A stretch of DNA of 64,000 nucleotides, taken from assembly GCA_963795855.1 (NCBI GenBank), contig CAWCIZ010000003.1, positions 832,001-896,000 on the forward strand, given 5' to 3'. A model generated the notes under the pieces. It was not told the DNA's origin. It did not search any database and saw nothing but the letters and a program-made list of their open reading frames with translations. Made by a program: the position numbers and the translations under genes. Positions 1 to 11,103 of the stretch are shown in pieces. Numbering within the stretch: the first letter of the stretch is position 1; every line of letters begins with the position of its first letter. This stretch comes from Vulcanimicrobiota bacterium. GTDB lineage: Bacteria > Vulcanimicrobiota > Vulcanimicrobiia > Vulcanimicrobiales > Vulcanimicrobiaceae.

Positions 1-1339
1 TAAGAATCCGATCAAGGCGCTGGTCGTGCTGGCGATCCTCGCGCTCAGCCTGTGGGCGATGCTGCCCATTCAGAAGAAGATCCATTTGGGTCTGGACCTG
101 CGCGGCGGCGCGCATCTGCTGCTCCAGCTCACGCCGACCGAACAGGTCAAGACGATAACGCCGGAGATTCAGGCGGACACGATGCAGGTCATCGATCGCC
201 GCATCAACGGCCTGGGCGTGACGGAGCCGCAGATCGCAAAAGTCCGCTCCGATCGAATCTCGGTCGATTTGCCGGACGTCAAAGATCCGGAAAAGGCGGA
301 AGCGGCGCTCAAGCAAGTCGCGGTGCTCGAGTACAAGATCATGCCGGACAACGTCCGCGTGGCCGCGGATGCTGCGCTTGCCGCGTGCAACGCGAATCCG
401 AAGGACAAGAAGGCCTGCGATTTCGTGAACATCGGCGCGTACAAAGCCAGCGGGCCGGTCGTGTACAGCGGTAAGGATTTGAAGTCGGCGCAGCCTGCGT
501 TCGACCAAAGCAATAACCCGGACATCATCTTCACGACCAAGGATCCGAAGAAATTCTACGACATCACCTCGAAGAATCTCGGCCGTCCGCTCGCGATGTT
601 CTTGGACAAACACTATCTCTCCGCGCCGACCATTCAAGGCCCGATTTCGGATACGGGTCAAATTACCGGCCAGTTCACCCAAGACCAAACGGCGTCGCTC
701 GCTAACGACCTCAACGCCGGCGCGCTGCCCGTCGGCATCGTGATCATCGAAAACGACACGATCGGGCCGACGCTCGGCAACATCGATCTCGCCATGTCGC
801 TGCGGGCGTCGATGCTCGGTCTAGCGCTCGTGCTGCTCTTTATGATGTTCGTGTACCGTCTGCCGGGCTTTTTGGCCGACGTCGCTCTCTTGATTTACGT
901 TGCGATGATGCTCGGGCTGCTCGCAGCGGCGCACGCGACCCTCACGCTTCCCGGGATCGCGGGCTTCGTGCTTTCGATCGGTATGGCGGTCGACGCGAAC
1001 GTCCTGATCTTCGAGCGCATCAAAGAAGAATTGTGGGCCGGCAAGACGATGCGAGCGGCGGTGCGCACCGGCTTCTCCCGCGCATTTACGGCCGTGTTCG
1101 ACAGCCATTTCACGACCATCGTCGGCGCAGGCGTCCTATTCGAACTCGGTACCGGCACGGTGAAGGGTTTTGCGTACACGCTGTTCTGGGGAACCGTCTT
1201 CTCGCTGATCACCGCCGTCTTCATCACGCGGTTTTTCGTCGACGTGCTCGTCGAGAACAACGTCGCCACGAATCCGGCGCTGTACGGCGTGAAGCGGGAC
1301 GAAGTCGGCATCTTTGCAAAGGCGGGGGCTGGAGCGTAA
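1..1339 (+). CDS. secD: Protein translocase subunit SecD (5' end at or before window start)
   Basis: LGLDLRGG motif, IDRRINGLGVTEP, GMAVDANVLIFERIKEE, six C-terminal TM segments. Confidence 0.97.
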   Translation, partial: KNPIKALVVLAILALSLWAMLPIQKKIHLGLDLRGGAHLLLQLTPTEQVKTITPEIQADTMQVIDRRINGLGVTEPQIAKVRSDRISVDLPDVKDPEKAEAALKQVAVLEYKIMPDNVRVAADAALAACNANPKDKKACDFVNIGAYKASGPVVYSGKDLKSAQPAFDQSNNPDIIFTTKDPKKFYDITSKNLGRPLAMFLDKHYLSAPTIQGPISDTGQITGQFTQDQTASLANDLNAGALPVGIVIIENDTIGPTLGNIDLAMSLRASMLGLALVLLFMMFVYRLPGFLADVALLIYVAMMLGLLAAAHATLTLPGIAGFVLSIGMAVDANVLIFERIKEELWAGKTMRAAVRTGFSRAFTAVFDSHFTTIVGAGVLFELGTGTVKGFAYTLFWGTVFSLITAVFITRFFVDVLVENNVATNPALYGVKRDEVGIFAKAGAGA

Positions 1340-2676
1340 ATGTTTTTCCGCAGACTCAACTGGAACGTCGTCAGCTGGTTTCGCACGGTTTCGCTGATTT
1401 CTTCGCTGATTATCGCGGCGGGTATCGGCACGATGATTTGGCACGGATTCCAGGGCGGCAACGGTTTCCACGCAAACAAAATGCTGCAGCTCGGCCTATC
1501 GTTCACCGGCGGCACTTCGGTCGACGTCTCCTTCGCGCAGCCCGTTCCACTCGATAAGCTCACGCACTTCGCTTGGGCCGCTGAATCTCACCGACGAAAC
1601 GATCCGCAGCGTCGGCAACCCAACCGGAAACGGCTATGGCCGGTATCAAATCGAAACCGAAACTGCCCTCGGCAACAACACGCCCCAGCTCTGGCAAGCG
1701 CTCAACAATGCCGGAACGGTGGATCGCGCCAAGTCGCAGATTTCCTCCGTCGGCCCGACGCTCGGCCGCGAATATCTCACCAGGGCGGTCGAAGCGCTGA
1801 TCATCGCGCTCGGCATCCAGTTCCTGTACATCGCGTTCCGTTTCGGTTGGAACTACATCTTCGGTTTGGTCACCGTGATCGCGCTCGTCCGCGATGCCGT
1901 GATGATGATCGGGATCTACGCGATGGCCGGCAAACGCGCCGACGACGCCTTCCTTGCCGCGGTGCTGACCGTAATCGGTTACTCGGTCATGGACACGATC
2001 GTCATTCTCGATCGAATCCGAGAGAATACGAAGCTCATGGCGGGCCAGTCATACGATAAGATCGTCAACACCTCGATCTTGCAGACGATGACGCGCTCGT
2101 TCAACACGCTCGCGACCGTCGTCATTACGCTGGTCGCGCTGCTTGCGCTGGGCGGCACGTCCCTGAAGAGCTTCGGCTTCGCGCTGCTGGTCGGTATCTG
2201 TTCCGGTGGTTACCACTCGATCTTCTTTTCTGCTCCGCTCGTGCTCGGTTTCCGCAAACGGCAGACTCGATGCGGCGGCGCGCAAGCGTGCCACGGGCGC
2301 GGCGGTGGATCGCACGCGCTCGGCGCGCAGCGTCGCTGAAAGCAAAGCTCTCGGGGCGCACGGCGGGGCCGCGCGCGAAGACATCGTTGCCGCGCGCAAG
2401 GCGCGCCGGCAAAAGGCTAAGTCAACGCGTCCAACCGACTCTTCGCCGGTGCGCTACAAACGCAAGCGCGGCGATGCGGCAGCCGGAACGACGATGGTCG
2501 AATCCGCGCCGGGAACGTACGAGGAAGAGATCGACCCGCTCGACGCGCAAGCCGCAGGTTTGGACGAGGCGGCGTTCGAGCAAGGTCACGAAGAGATCAC
2601 CCTCAACCTCGACGAGTTCGAACCCGAACGCGAGATGCCGCCGCACGATGCACCGGCGGAGCACCGCGAAGAGTAA
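1340..2676 (+). CDS. secF: Protein translocase subunit SecF, split over three frames (shifts near ~1570 and ~2265)
   Basis: LGLSFTGGT, VGPTLG, LTVIGYSVMDTIVILDRIREN, TMTRSFNT; directly follows secD; acidic C-tail in ORF 2206..2676. Confidence 0.93.
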
Positions 2677-4636
2677 GGCGCTTCCACCTCCGACCCGCTC
2701 CGAGGCTGCCTTCGAGCGCCTCTTGGCGGAGTTCGGAACGGCCGCGCACGACGCGGTTTCCGAGCGCGGCTCGGATTTCGTCGAGTCTATGTTCGCCCGT
2801 CAAAAGGAATTTTTGGCGCGCGATGATTTTGCGGGGATCGGCGAGCGTGATTCATTTCCTACGAAAGTCGTCGGCGTTTCGTTCGAAGGCCGGCAGGATG
2901 CAGTCGCGGGATTGCTGCCGGGGCAGCCGCTCGAACTGGTGCGGCACCCGGATAATCCGGTCGATCCGAACGCCATCGCGGTGCACTACGGCGCCCTGCA
3001 GATCGGCTTTCTGCGCAAGCAGATCGCCAAGCATCTCGCTCCGCTGATCGACGGCGGCGTTCGCTACACGGCTCGCATCGAACACGTTACCGGCGGCGGC
3101 CCGAGTGACGCGGACGGGTCCGAGAAGAAGTTCCGCGGCGTCAACATTCGCGTCGAGCGCGATCGCGCGCCGAGGCCCGATGCCTTCGCCGTTCAGGCGC
3201 GTGCAGCCGCGGATCACGACGCATTACGTAGGGCGCTGATTGGCGACGCGCACCCGCACGAAGCGCAATCGGCACTCCTCGCGCGCATCGACGCGGGAAA
3301 GAATACGCTCGCAGTCTTGGGGACGGGGCGCGGCAAGTCGTTCTGTTTTCAGTATCCTGCGGCGTATCGCGCGCTCGAATCCGAACAAAAAACGCTGGTG
3401 GTGTACCCGCTGCGCGCGCTGGCGAACGATCAGTTCGAGGCGCTGACGCGGCGTCTCGACGGTTTCGGGTTGCGCATTTACCGTGCCAACGGCGCTATCG
3501 GCGCGGAGGAACGAACGCTGCTGATGGAAGCCCTCGCAAGCGGTGCGTGGGACATCGTACTGGCGACGCCGGAGTTTCTGCAATTTCACCGGGACGCGTT
3601 CGCTGGCCGCAGTGCGCCGTCGTTCGTGGTGGTCGACGAAGCGCATCACATCTTCGAATCGAAGCACCGCGCCGCGTACGGACAGCTCGGCGGAACTATT
3701 GCGGGGCTCGGTTCCCCGCAGGTGCTCGCCCTCACCGCTACGGCCGGCGACGACGCTTTCAATCAGATAACTTCAGACCTTGCCATCGATGCATGGGTCA
3801 TCGATCCGACGGTGCGTGAAAACTTGCGCGTCGTCGACGCGCGAGGAACGAAAGACAAACTCGCGTATTTGGTTCGCACGTTTGAAGAGCCGGGCAAAGG
3901 CATCGTGTACTGCAACTCGCGGAGTGAGGCTACGAAGACCGCCGACGCCCTGCGAAGGCGCCTGCAGAACGACGTCATGTTTTATCATGCGGGCATGCCT
4001 TCTCCGGAACGGGCGGAAGTTGAAGGCCGCTTTCGCAGCGGCGAAGTGCGCATCATCGTTGCCACCTCAGCATTCGGTGAAGGCATCGATTTGCCGGACG
4101 TGCGCAACGTCGTGCTCTATCATCTCAACTTCGACTTCACCGAGTTCAATCAACAGGCCGGCCGCGCGGGCCGCGACGGTGCGGATGCGAACATTCACTT
4201 GCTCTTCGGCGAGGCGGATCGGCGCATCAACGAATTCATCATCGATCAAGAGGCGCCGACGCTCAACGTGCTGCGCGAACTGTATAAGGGCATGCGCGCC
4301 ATGGCGAGGGATGCGACGCTGCGAATGACGTTCGCGGATATCGCACGTACGCTCGATCTGGACAAGGCCAACGAACGGACGGTGGGCACGGCAGTTCGCA
4401 TTTTCGAAGACGAGCGACTGCTGGAAACCGGCATCGACGACGACGGCCGCTACATACGCTTTTTGCCGGCCGCCGGTAAGGTGGATCTGACCAAGAACGA
4501 GCGTTTCGCCGAAGGCGAAGCCGCACGCGAAGATTTTGCGAGATTTTGCGAACTGATCTTGACTGCCGGTACGCAAACGCTGCAGCGAATCATCAACCGC
4601 CCGATCTATCCCGAGCGCGTGGAGCTGCGCCGCTGA
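2648..4636 (+). CDS. HIRAN domain + RecQ-like DEAH-box SF2 helicase
   Basis: HIRAN (TKVVGVSFEGRQ...RHPDNPVDPNAIAV...IGFL), Walker A GTGRGKS, DEAH, TAT, ATSAFGEGID, QQAGRAGRDG; start codon uncertain. Confidence 0.85.
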   Translation: MHRRSTAKSKALPPPTRSEAAFERLLAEFGTAAHDAVSERGSDFVESMFARQKEFLARDDFAGIGERDSFPTKVVGVSFEGRQDAVAGLLPGQPLELVRHPDNPVDPNAIAVHYGALQIGFLRKQIAKHLAPLIDGGVRYTARIEHVTGGGPSDADGSEKKFRGVNIRVERDRAPRPDAFAVQARAAADHDALRRALIGDAHPHEAQSALLARIDAGKNTLAVLGTGRGKSFCFQYPAAYRALESEQKTLVVYPLRALANDQFEALTRRLDGFGLRIYRANGAIGAEERTLLMEALASGAWDIVLATPEFLQFHRDAFAGRSAPSFVVVDEAHHIFESKHRAAYGQLGGTIAGLGSPQVLALTATAGDDAFNQITSDLAIDAWVIDPTVRENLRVVDARGTKDKLAYLVRTFEEPGKGIVYCNSRSEATKTADALRRRLQNDVMFYHAGMPSPERAEVEGRFRSGEVRIIVATSAFGEGIDLPDVRNVVLYHLNFDFTEFNQQAGRAGRDGADANIHLLFGEADRRINEFIIDQEAPTLNVLRELYKGMRAMARDATLRMTFADIARTLDLDKANERTVGTAVRIFEDERLLETGIDDDGRYIRFLPAAGKVDLTKNERFAEGEAAREDFARFCELILTAGTQTLQRIINRPIYPERVELRR

Positions 4637-4641
4637 GCCCG

Positions 4642-5553
4642 ATGCTGGCTCGCGCGCTGCGCGAAGGGGACACGGTGGCGTTGATTGCGCCCGCGGGTCC
4701 GCTTTCGAGCGAAGAAGAATTCGTGCGCGCCGAGCAAGCCGTTCGTTCGCTCGGCCTCGTTCCGCGCGTCGCGCGCAACGCACGAGAGCGACGCGGTTAT
4801 CTGGCGGGATCGGACGAGCAGCGCGCGGCGGATTTCAACGAGGCGGCGCGCGATCCGGCCGTACGCGGCATCTTTGCCTTGCGCGGCGGCTACGGCACGA
4901 TGCGGATATTGGACGCGATCGATTACGCCGCTCTCGCGGGAGATCCGAAGGTCGTGCTCGGCTACTCGGACCTTACGGCGCTGCTCAACGCGATTGCGCA
5001 GCGTACGGGACTCGTCACGTTTCATGGCCCTGTAGCCGCGCTTTCCGAATTCAGCGAGAATGAAACGGCTTGGCTGCGCGCGGCCGTGATGTCGGCGAAA
5101 CCAATCGGTGCACTTCAATGCGCGCAAGGCGCCGCAATCGTCGCCGGCTCCGCGACCGGACGAATCTGCGGCGGAAATCTTTCGCTCGTGACGGCGCTGC
5201 TCGGAACGCCGTACGAGATCGACACAACGGATGCGCTATTGACGATCGAAGAAGTCGACGAGGCGCCGTACCGAGTGGACCGCATGCTCACTCAGTTGCG
5301 CCTGTCGGGCGCACTTCATCGCGCGGCGGGGATTCTCGTTGGCCGCTGCGCTCGCTGCGATGTGGATGAAAACCACGCGTACGCCGCAATGCCGCTTGCG
5401 CAAACGCTTGCCGATCGGCTCGGCGATCTCGGCGTTCCGGTGCTCTCGGACCTGCCCATCGGACACGACGGCGAGCAGTGGACGCTTCCCATCGGCTTGC
5501 CCGCGCGGATGGAACGGTCGGGAATCGTCATCGACATTGCTGCCGTGCGGTAG
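4642..5553 (+). CDS. LD-carboxypeptidase (peptidase S66)
   Basis: RGGYG, GYSDLT nucleophile motif, GGNLS, EEVDE, IGH. Confidence 0.92.
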   Translation: MLARALREGDTVALIAPAGPLSSEEEFVRAEQAVRSLGLVPRVARNARERRGYLAGSDEQRAADFNEAARDPAVRGIFALRGGYGTMRILDAIDYAALAGDPKVVLGYSDLTALLNAIAQRTGLVTFHGPVAALSEFSENETAWLRAAVMSAKPIGALQCAQGAAIVAGSATGRICGGNLSLVTALLGTPYEIDTTDALLTIEEVDEAPYRVDRMLTQLRLSGALHRAAGILVGRCARCDVDENHAYAAMPLAQTLADRLGDLGVPVLSDLPIGHDGEQWTLPIGLPARMERSGIVIDIAAVR

Positions 5554-5607
5554 CGGAGGGCTCCATTTCATGCGCGCGTGAACCTTTTTTGAGCGATACT
5601 GGGACGT

Positions 5608-6357
5608 ATGGAACAAGCGTGGGTTGTGACCGGCGAAGACGAGGTCGAAGCAGTTTTGCGAAGCGACGTGTTGTGGGCCCGTCCACTCGGCGAACGCGTT
5701 CCCAAGGCGATGCAAGGAACGCCGCTCGCAGCAATTTTCGACCGGCTCGTTCGCATGAACGACGGCGAACGTCACACGACGCTTCGCAATGAAGTCGAGG
5801 ATCGGCTGGCTACGTGGGATCCGGAACAGGTCGCCGCGATTGCCCGGGATGCCGCGCTGCGCGTCGCGCCAAGCGACATCGCCGGGTACTCCGTCGCAAC
5901 GCTGATCGGAATTCGCGAACCGGAACGCGTGCTTCCGGCGATTCGCGACTTCGCCGGCGCGATAGCGGCCGGTGCAAATGATGAAGCCGTCGCCAAGGGC
6001 AGCACGGCCACGCAGGCGTTGCTGGATGCGCTCCCGAGCGGCCTCGATCGCGACGAGGCTGCAAACCGGCTCGGCTTTCTTTTCCAAACCTACGCTGCGA
6101 CGGCGGAACTCATCGAAAACCGGCTGAACGCGCGGACCGATGCGCCGGCGCTGCTGACCCGGCGATATGCTGCCGCGGATTTGGAGATGTTCGGAAAACA
6201 TATTCGAAAGGGCGATGCGATCGTGGTGTTGCTTACTGCGCCGCGGTTTCATTTCGGCGCCGGCCGGCACGCGTGTCCCGGACGGCAAATCGCGGAGACG
6301 ATTGCCGGCGCTGCCGTGGCCGTCATTTCCGCAAATCCAGACCGAATATCCGTCTGA
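5608..6357 (+). CDS. Short cytochrome P450-like protein
   Basis: C-terminal heme motif FGAGRHACPG; RMNDGERH; only 249 aa. Confidence 0.75.
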   Translation: MEQAWVVTGEDEVEAVLRSDVLWARPLGERVPKAMQGTPLAAIFDRLVRMNDGERHTTLRNEVEDRLATWDPEQVAAIARDAALRVAPSDIAGYSVATLIGIREPERVLPAIRDFAGAIAAGANDEAVAKGSTATQALLDALPSGLDRDEAANRLGFLFQTYAATAELIENRLNARTDAPALLTRRYAAADLEMFGKHIRKGDAIVVLLTAPRFHFGAGRHACPGRQIAETIAGAAVAVISANPDRISV

Positions 6358-7009
6358 TTTGATCGCTGCCTTCGCTCGAAATGCGCAAGGCGCGGTCGCT
6401 CGCGTTGCGCATCACCCACCGGTTGCGCAAAAACGTCTCGAGCAATGCGGCGCCAAGTGCTCCCGCAACGTGATGCGTGCGTTCCGTCCAGTCCAAACAC
6501 GCGGGTCCAAAGCGGCGGCGTTCGCGGCGCAGGGTTTCCACATCGATGCCCAGTTTCACGAAAAACACTTCGCCGCGTGCGGTCAGGTGAAACGCATTTT
6601 CGCGCAATCGGATGCAGCGATCCCCGACGAGCGTTTGGGTGAGGCGCACGCCGAGGCGCCCGGCAAGGTGATCGTAGCACGAGCGAGCTTCGCGTAGCCG
6701 CTCCATCGAGGTATGCTGATTCAGCGAAGTGACCTGAGCGGCCGGAGCGATCGCTGCCAGCGCCTCCATCGCGTGCGCAACGTGAGGCGACGCCAGTCGA
6801 AACAAGCGCCGGCGGCCGGCAGTGCGAACGCAAAGCAGGCCGCCGGTAACGAGCTTCGCGAGATGCGCGCTGGCGGCTTGAGGCGACGAGTCGCCGCGTG
6901 CAGCGAGTTCCGACGCGGAGAGTTCGCCGCCGTCGAGCAGCCCGAAAAGCATCTTCGAACGCACCGGATCGCCGATGAGCGCGGCGACCCGTCCCAGTTC
7001 CGGAAGCAT
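6323..7009 (-). CDS. ArsR-family winged-helix regulator
   Basis: ALIGDPVRSKML...SAHLAKL HTH; ARSCYDHLAGRLG and CLDWTER motifs. Confidence 0.88.
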   Translation of the reverse strand: MLPELGRVAALIGDPVRSKMLFGLLDGGELSASELAARGDSSPQAASAHLAKLVTGGLLCVRTAGRRRLFRLASPHVAHAMEALAAIAPAAQVTSLNQHTSMERLREARSCYDHLAGRLGVRLTQTLVGDRCIRLRENAFHLTARGEVFFVKLGIDVETLRRERRRFGPACLDWTERTHHVAGALGAALLETFLRNRWVMRNASDRALRISSEGSDQIRRIFGLDLRK

Positions 7010-7098
7010 GCCTCGAGTTTAGCACATCGACGCTTAAGCGTCGCGTGAACTATCGATCCATACTTGTCCAGCTCGGCAGCGCGTGTTAGCCGAGCGTG

Positions 7099-7311
7099 TT
7101 ACGCCGCGACGTGAACAGTCACGGCCTTTTGCGAGGGAATCGGCACTTCCTTACCCTCCGCACGAAGTTCGGTAATGCGATAGGCAATTGCATCGCTCAG
7201 CTTTCGGATTACGTTTTCTTCGCTGTCTCCGACTGCGTAGATGCCCTCGATATCGAGCACGTATCCGCCGTAGTTCTCTCGTCCTTTTTCAACGACAACG
7301 GTGTAATCCAT
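7099..7311 (-). CDS. hicB: HicB-family antitoxin (short form)
   Basis: YTVVVEKG..YGGYVLDIEGIYAVGDSEE...LRAEGKEVP. Confidence 0.85.
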   Translation of the reverse strand: MDYTVVVEKGRENYGGYVLDIEGIYAVGDSEENVIRKLSDAIAYRITELRAEGKEVPIPSQKAVTVHVAA

Positions 7312-7323
7312 AGTGGCGGTTCC

Positions 7324-7443
7324 TCACTTTAGGCCGAGGCGCTTCTGGAGATTATGCCATGAACCCTTGGACAATTGATGGCCTGAATTCCCCGACACGG
7401 TAATCTTATCGCCATTCGCCGGATGCTCCGACTAGCGGTGGCA
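7324..7443 (-). pseudogene. hicA: HicA toxin remnant (N-terminus absent, internal stop)
   Basis: Manual translation CHR*SEHPANGDKITVSGNSGHQLSKGSWHNLQKRLGLK*, matching the HicA SH...HP...TV...L..GT...I.KQ.GL pattern; directly upstream of hicB. Confidence 0.7.
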
Positions 7444-7444
7444 C

Positions 7445-8146
7445 CTACGCAATGACGCGTGCCGCCTCGGAGGCGTCCGTTTCGGCGTAGAAGCGATTGT
7501 GCGTTTCGGTCACGTGCGGCGCCCACGGATCGACTTGAGCGGCGCTTACTGGGAAGTGCACCGTCGGTCCGGCTGCATCCGCGTAACTCGATCCGTCGAA
7601 CGGCTCGAATTCGCGGCTCTCGCGATGCGCGACGACAAGAGACCCGACACTCTTCGCGGCCGCATTTGCCGCCTTGCGCAAGCCATCGTCCAAACGCGCG
7701 TCGCCCGCTAGCGTATCGTACAGTTTGATTGCTGGACGGTCGGCATGCCACGGCATGTCCGGCGTGGCCGCCGAGAAGCGTACCATGCCCTGCACCGACG
7801 CTGCATCCTCGCGGATAGCCGCAACTTCGGAGCGATCGTTTTTTCGCGCAGCGATGCCGTCGTTGAGCGCTTTAACCGATGATTCGACGCTGCGCATTTT
7901 CGCGCTGTCGAGATCCAGTACGTCAAAGGCGGCGGCAGGTCCCCACGTTTGCCCGTCTGCGCCGTATTTCTGATGCATCACGTCGCCGACGAGCGCTTTG
8001 CCCATGGCGTGCGAATCGCTCGCGTTCTTCGCGATCGCATCCGCGACATCGCTTGGCACGCCGGGCGACACCATCGTTTCGGGGCTGGCTGCCAAGTACT
8101 GCACGCCGGCATGTGAGAGCGCGTCGGCGAAGCCCAGCGAGGCCAT
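7445..8146 (-). pseudogene. C-terminal half of clostripain-like (C11) peptidase interrupted by island 1
   Basis: Begins MASLGFADALS...YLAASPETM, the segment that follows the C11 catalytic CL(M) motif; N-terminal half lies at 28725-29233. Confidence 0.85.
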
Positions 8147-8192
8147 ATTATACGAAGTACAAAGGAGTATATCATTTCGTCACGAAGGCGGC
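8147..8192 (+). repeat. Left terminal imperfect inverted repeat of island 1
   Basis: ATTATACGAAGTACAAA-GGAG-TATATCATTT...GAAGGCGGC. Confidence 0.8.
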
Positions 8193-8214
8193 GCGAAACT
8201 AGGAGGCGCGCGCG

Positions 8215-9361
8215 ATGCTGCGACTGGCCTTTACCTCGAGCGCTTTTCGGCTCCATGGCATAAGTCGACCGGACATTCCCGTCATTATCGATGACAGCGA
8301 CATGTCCATCGCGCGCATACCAACTCTATGGCTTGTGTACGTCGCTACAATCCCCGGTAAGACCCGCAGCCCAAGGACTTGGCTGGCGTATGGAACGGGA
8401 GTTGTCGATTGGTTGCGAGTTTGCGATGCAAACGGTTGGAGTTGGGAAACCGCTACGGAAGAGCAGGTGGCTGCATATCGAGACAATGCTATTTCGGAAG
8501 AGAGCAGACTTTGTCGAGCGAGTCCTGGATCCGAAGTCGATTAATCTTTATCTCACAAGTCTGTGCCCGCTTCTACAAGTGGTGCGAAGAACGCGGCTAC
8601 GTTAAGGAAAGCCCTTTCAAATATGTTCGCTCAAACCGCGGTAAGCACGGTTTGTTGGCACATATTAATTCCGAGCGCGATTCATCAAAGACTCCTAGTT
8701 GCGTTACCCGAAGTCAAAGGAAAAACTCCTCGATTCTACACCGTCGGCGAAAGACGAAAGATCCAGTCACTCATGGGAACCCGGGATAGATTGTTCATGC
8801 GATGGGCGCTTTATACCGGGATGAGGATCTTCGAGATCGTGATGCTGGCGTTGAGCGATCATCCCGCACCAGGATACGTACGCTTCTGGAAAATGGCGAA
8901 AATTAAACATTCTCGGGAAAGGCGGCTACAGGAGAGATGTTTGGGTTCCATCATTCATTTTGGATGAGACGTGGACCTATATACGGTTACATCGTTCAAA
9001 GATACTTTCGGAGTGCAAAGCGCGGGGTGGTAAAACCGGCGAATCGGCGCTCTGGCTGGGTCGTTGGGGAAGTAAGCTCACTGAAGCCGGCGCGAGAGTA
9101 GCTTTCAATGCAGCGCTTGAAGCAGCCGGTATTACCGACGGCGTGTTTCACGATTGCAGGCACACCTACGCTATTACCACTCTCGATCGCCTGATGTTGA
9201 AGTCTAGCGACCCGAAGGCGAAGTCGCGTAATCCCCTCGAGGCGTTGAAAAAATTGCTTGGGCACAAGCATCTTTCGTCGACCGCGATCTATCTGCAGGC
9301 GCGAGAACAGTACTTGGAAGACCTCACGGACGATGACATTGAGGCGCCCGACAGTGTCTAG
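8215..9361 (+). CDS. Tyrosine recombinase 1 of island 1 (frameshifted in this sequence)
   Basis: AGGAGG RBS; YTGMRIFE (R), GKGG (K), FHDCRHTYA (HxxR), LLGHKHLSSTAIY (H,Y). Confidence 0.88.
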
Positions 9362-11103
9362 GGCCCTAAAACGCCACAAGGCATTCGCCGTTAAACTTCC
9401 CGCCAAGGGCTATGATCATGCAACAACATGGGCTTTCCTGGATCCTCACACGGCAACACAATGCACATTTGATTTCAGCAGAATGGCACAAGAAGCTAGG
9501 TCCGATCGTGCCGGACCTCATGGATGCAGCAAAGCGCCTTGAAGGTCACCAAAACCGCTCCGTTAGGGGTCGGAGCGCTGTATTGAATTGGTTGTTTGAA
9601 TACCTCGTTAAAGCGAATTTAAAACCAAAAGCGACAGATCTCACCGATCAGATCCTTGTCGACGCAGTTAAGTCGCGAGGACTGAAAGGGCATGCGCCCA
9701 GCGTCGTCCACGGAAAGTTAAGAAGTATTGTAAATGAGGCACTGCGTTTACAAAACGTGCAGTTAAAAGACGATTTACGATCCCTTCGCCCCTGAGCGTT
9801 TAGCAGCACAACATAGTGAGAGTTTGTCGAGAGAACAACGCGAAGCAATCCTCCAGGCCGCAATGATTGACGTTAGGCGGATCTGGGATGAATTCGAGCG
9901 AGCGCGTTCGGCCGAGGCGACGAGTGCTATGACAGTCCGTCGCTAAAATTGCCACTGAAAATGGCGGCTTTCTTCCGATTATAGGCTATGGGAAAAATTA
10001 CAAGCGACTAAAGAAAACCAAGGCGATGCGCGCATTGTGGGCATTGAAGGCCCGCGAGCGCCGTGCAGGAAGACCCGCCGACGTTAGGACGTTTGATAGA
10101 TGGCTTTATGCCACCGTTGAATCACTTCTGCCGTTTCTCATAGTCATCGCATATAAGCTCGCGGGAAACGTGTATTCGCTTTTGGAGAGTAAGCGCGATT
10201 TGTTGCGTGACGTGGACGACGTTATCCGAGGATCGCGATGCGCAGTTAGTTTCTACAAACCTAGAGCACGCAGAATATTGACGCACATGCTTAATCCGGC
10301 GGGTCGATTCTCGGTTCCCAGCCTTATCAAACAAGTGCTTGCAATGACAGATCCTTTGGTCCCGCTCGTGCCGGAAGCGATGAAGAACCGGTTGTTTATT
10401 TGCTTTAACCGTGTTGGGAACAGCAAGGGAAAACCACAGACGCTCAAGTCGACGCCAGGCTCAATGCGCCGATGGTGCCAACGACATAATCTCATGAACA
10501 AAGACGGAACGCCGTTAACGTTCACTCTCGACATGTTGCGTCCGACGAAGATCAACGACGTTTACGAGGACTCCGGTGGGGATCTGCTTCTGGCGTACAA
10601 GGTAGCGAATCACAAGGTGCTCTCCACAACGTATGATTACCTGAAGGGTATACGCGCAGCCGATCTCGATCGAAAGTCGATAGCTGACGCTCAGGGGCAG
10701 ACTCTTTACAGCATCCACCGAACGACGCGAAAAACACTCCCGAGACGGATCGCAGAAATCAAAATCTCGTGAGGAAAGGGCCAGAGCTGTCGAGCGAGAC
10801 TGTCTTGATCCAACGGACCCACCAAGATACACGGAAAAAGACCTGTGCCCGGAGTGGATGTTCACACTCGCCGATCCGCACCTTGCTGTACCGAATGATC
10901 CGAAATATGTCGCGAATATAATACTTGATCGAGATGCGTTCCTTGAGGCACGTGAAAGGATCGACGCAACTCGTTTTGCTCGGTATTATGCGAACAAATT
11001 GCGGATCATCGATCAAGAAATTCTACCAAAATTATCCCCAGATGTAGTAAAAGAAGCCACAAAGATAGCGGCTGGTTTACCGCTGCGGATGGAGATATAC
11101 TAA
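9333..11103 (+). CDS. Tyrosine recombinase-like protein 2 of island 1 (degenerate active site; frameshifted)
   Basis: LAGNVYSLL, YKPRA, FTLDMLRPT, ANHKVLSTTYDY; C-terminal CLDP...C motif. Confidence 0.7.
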
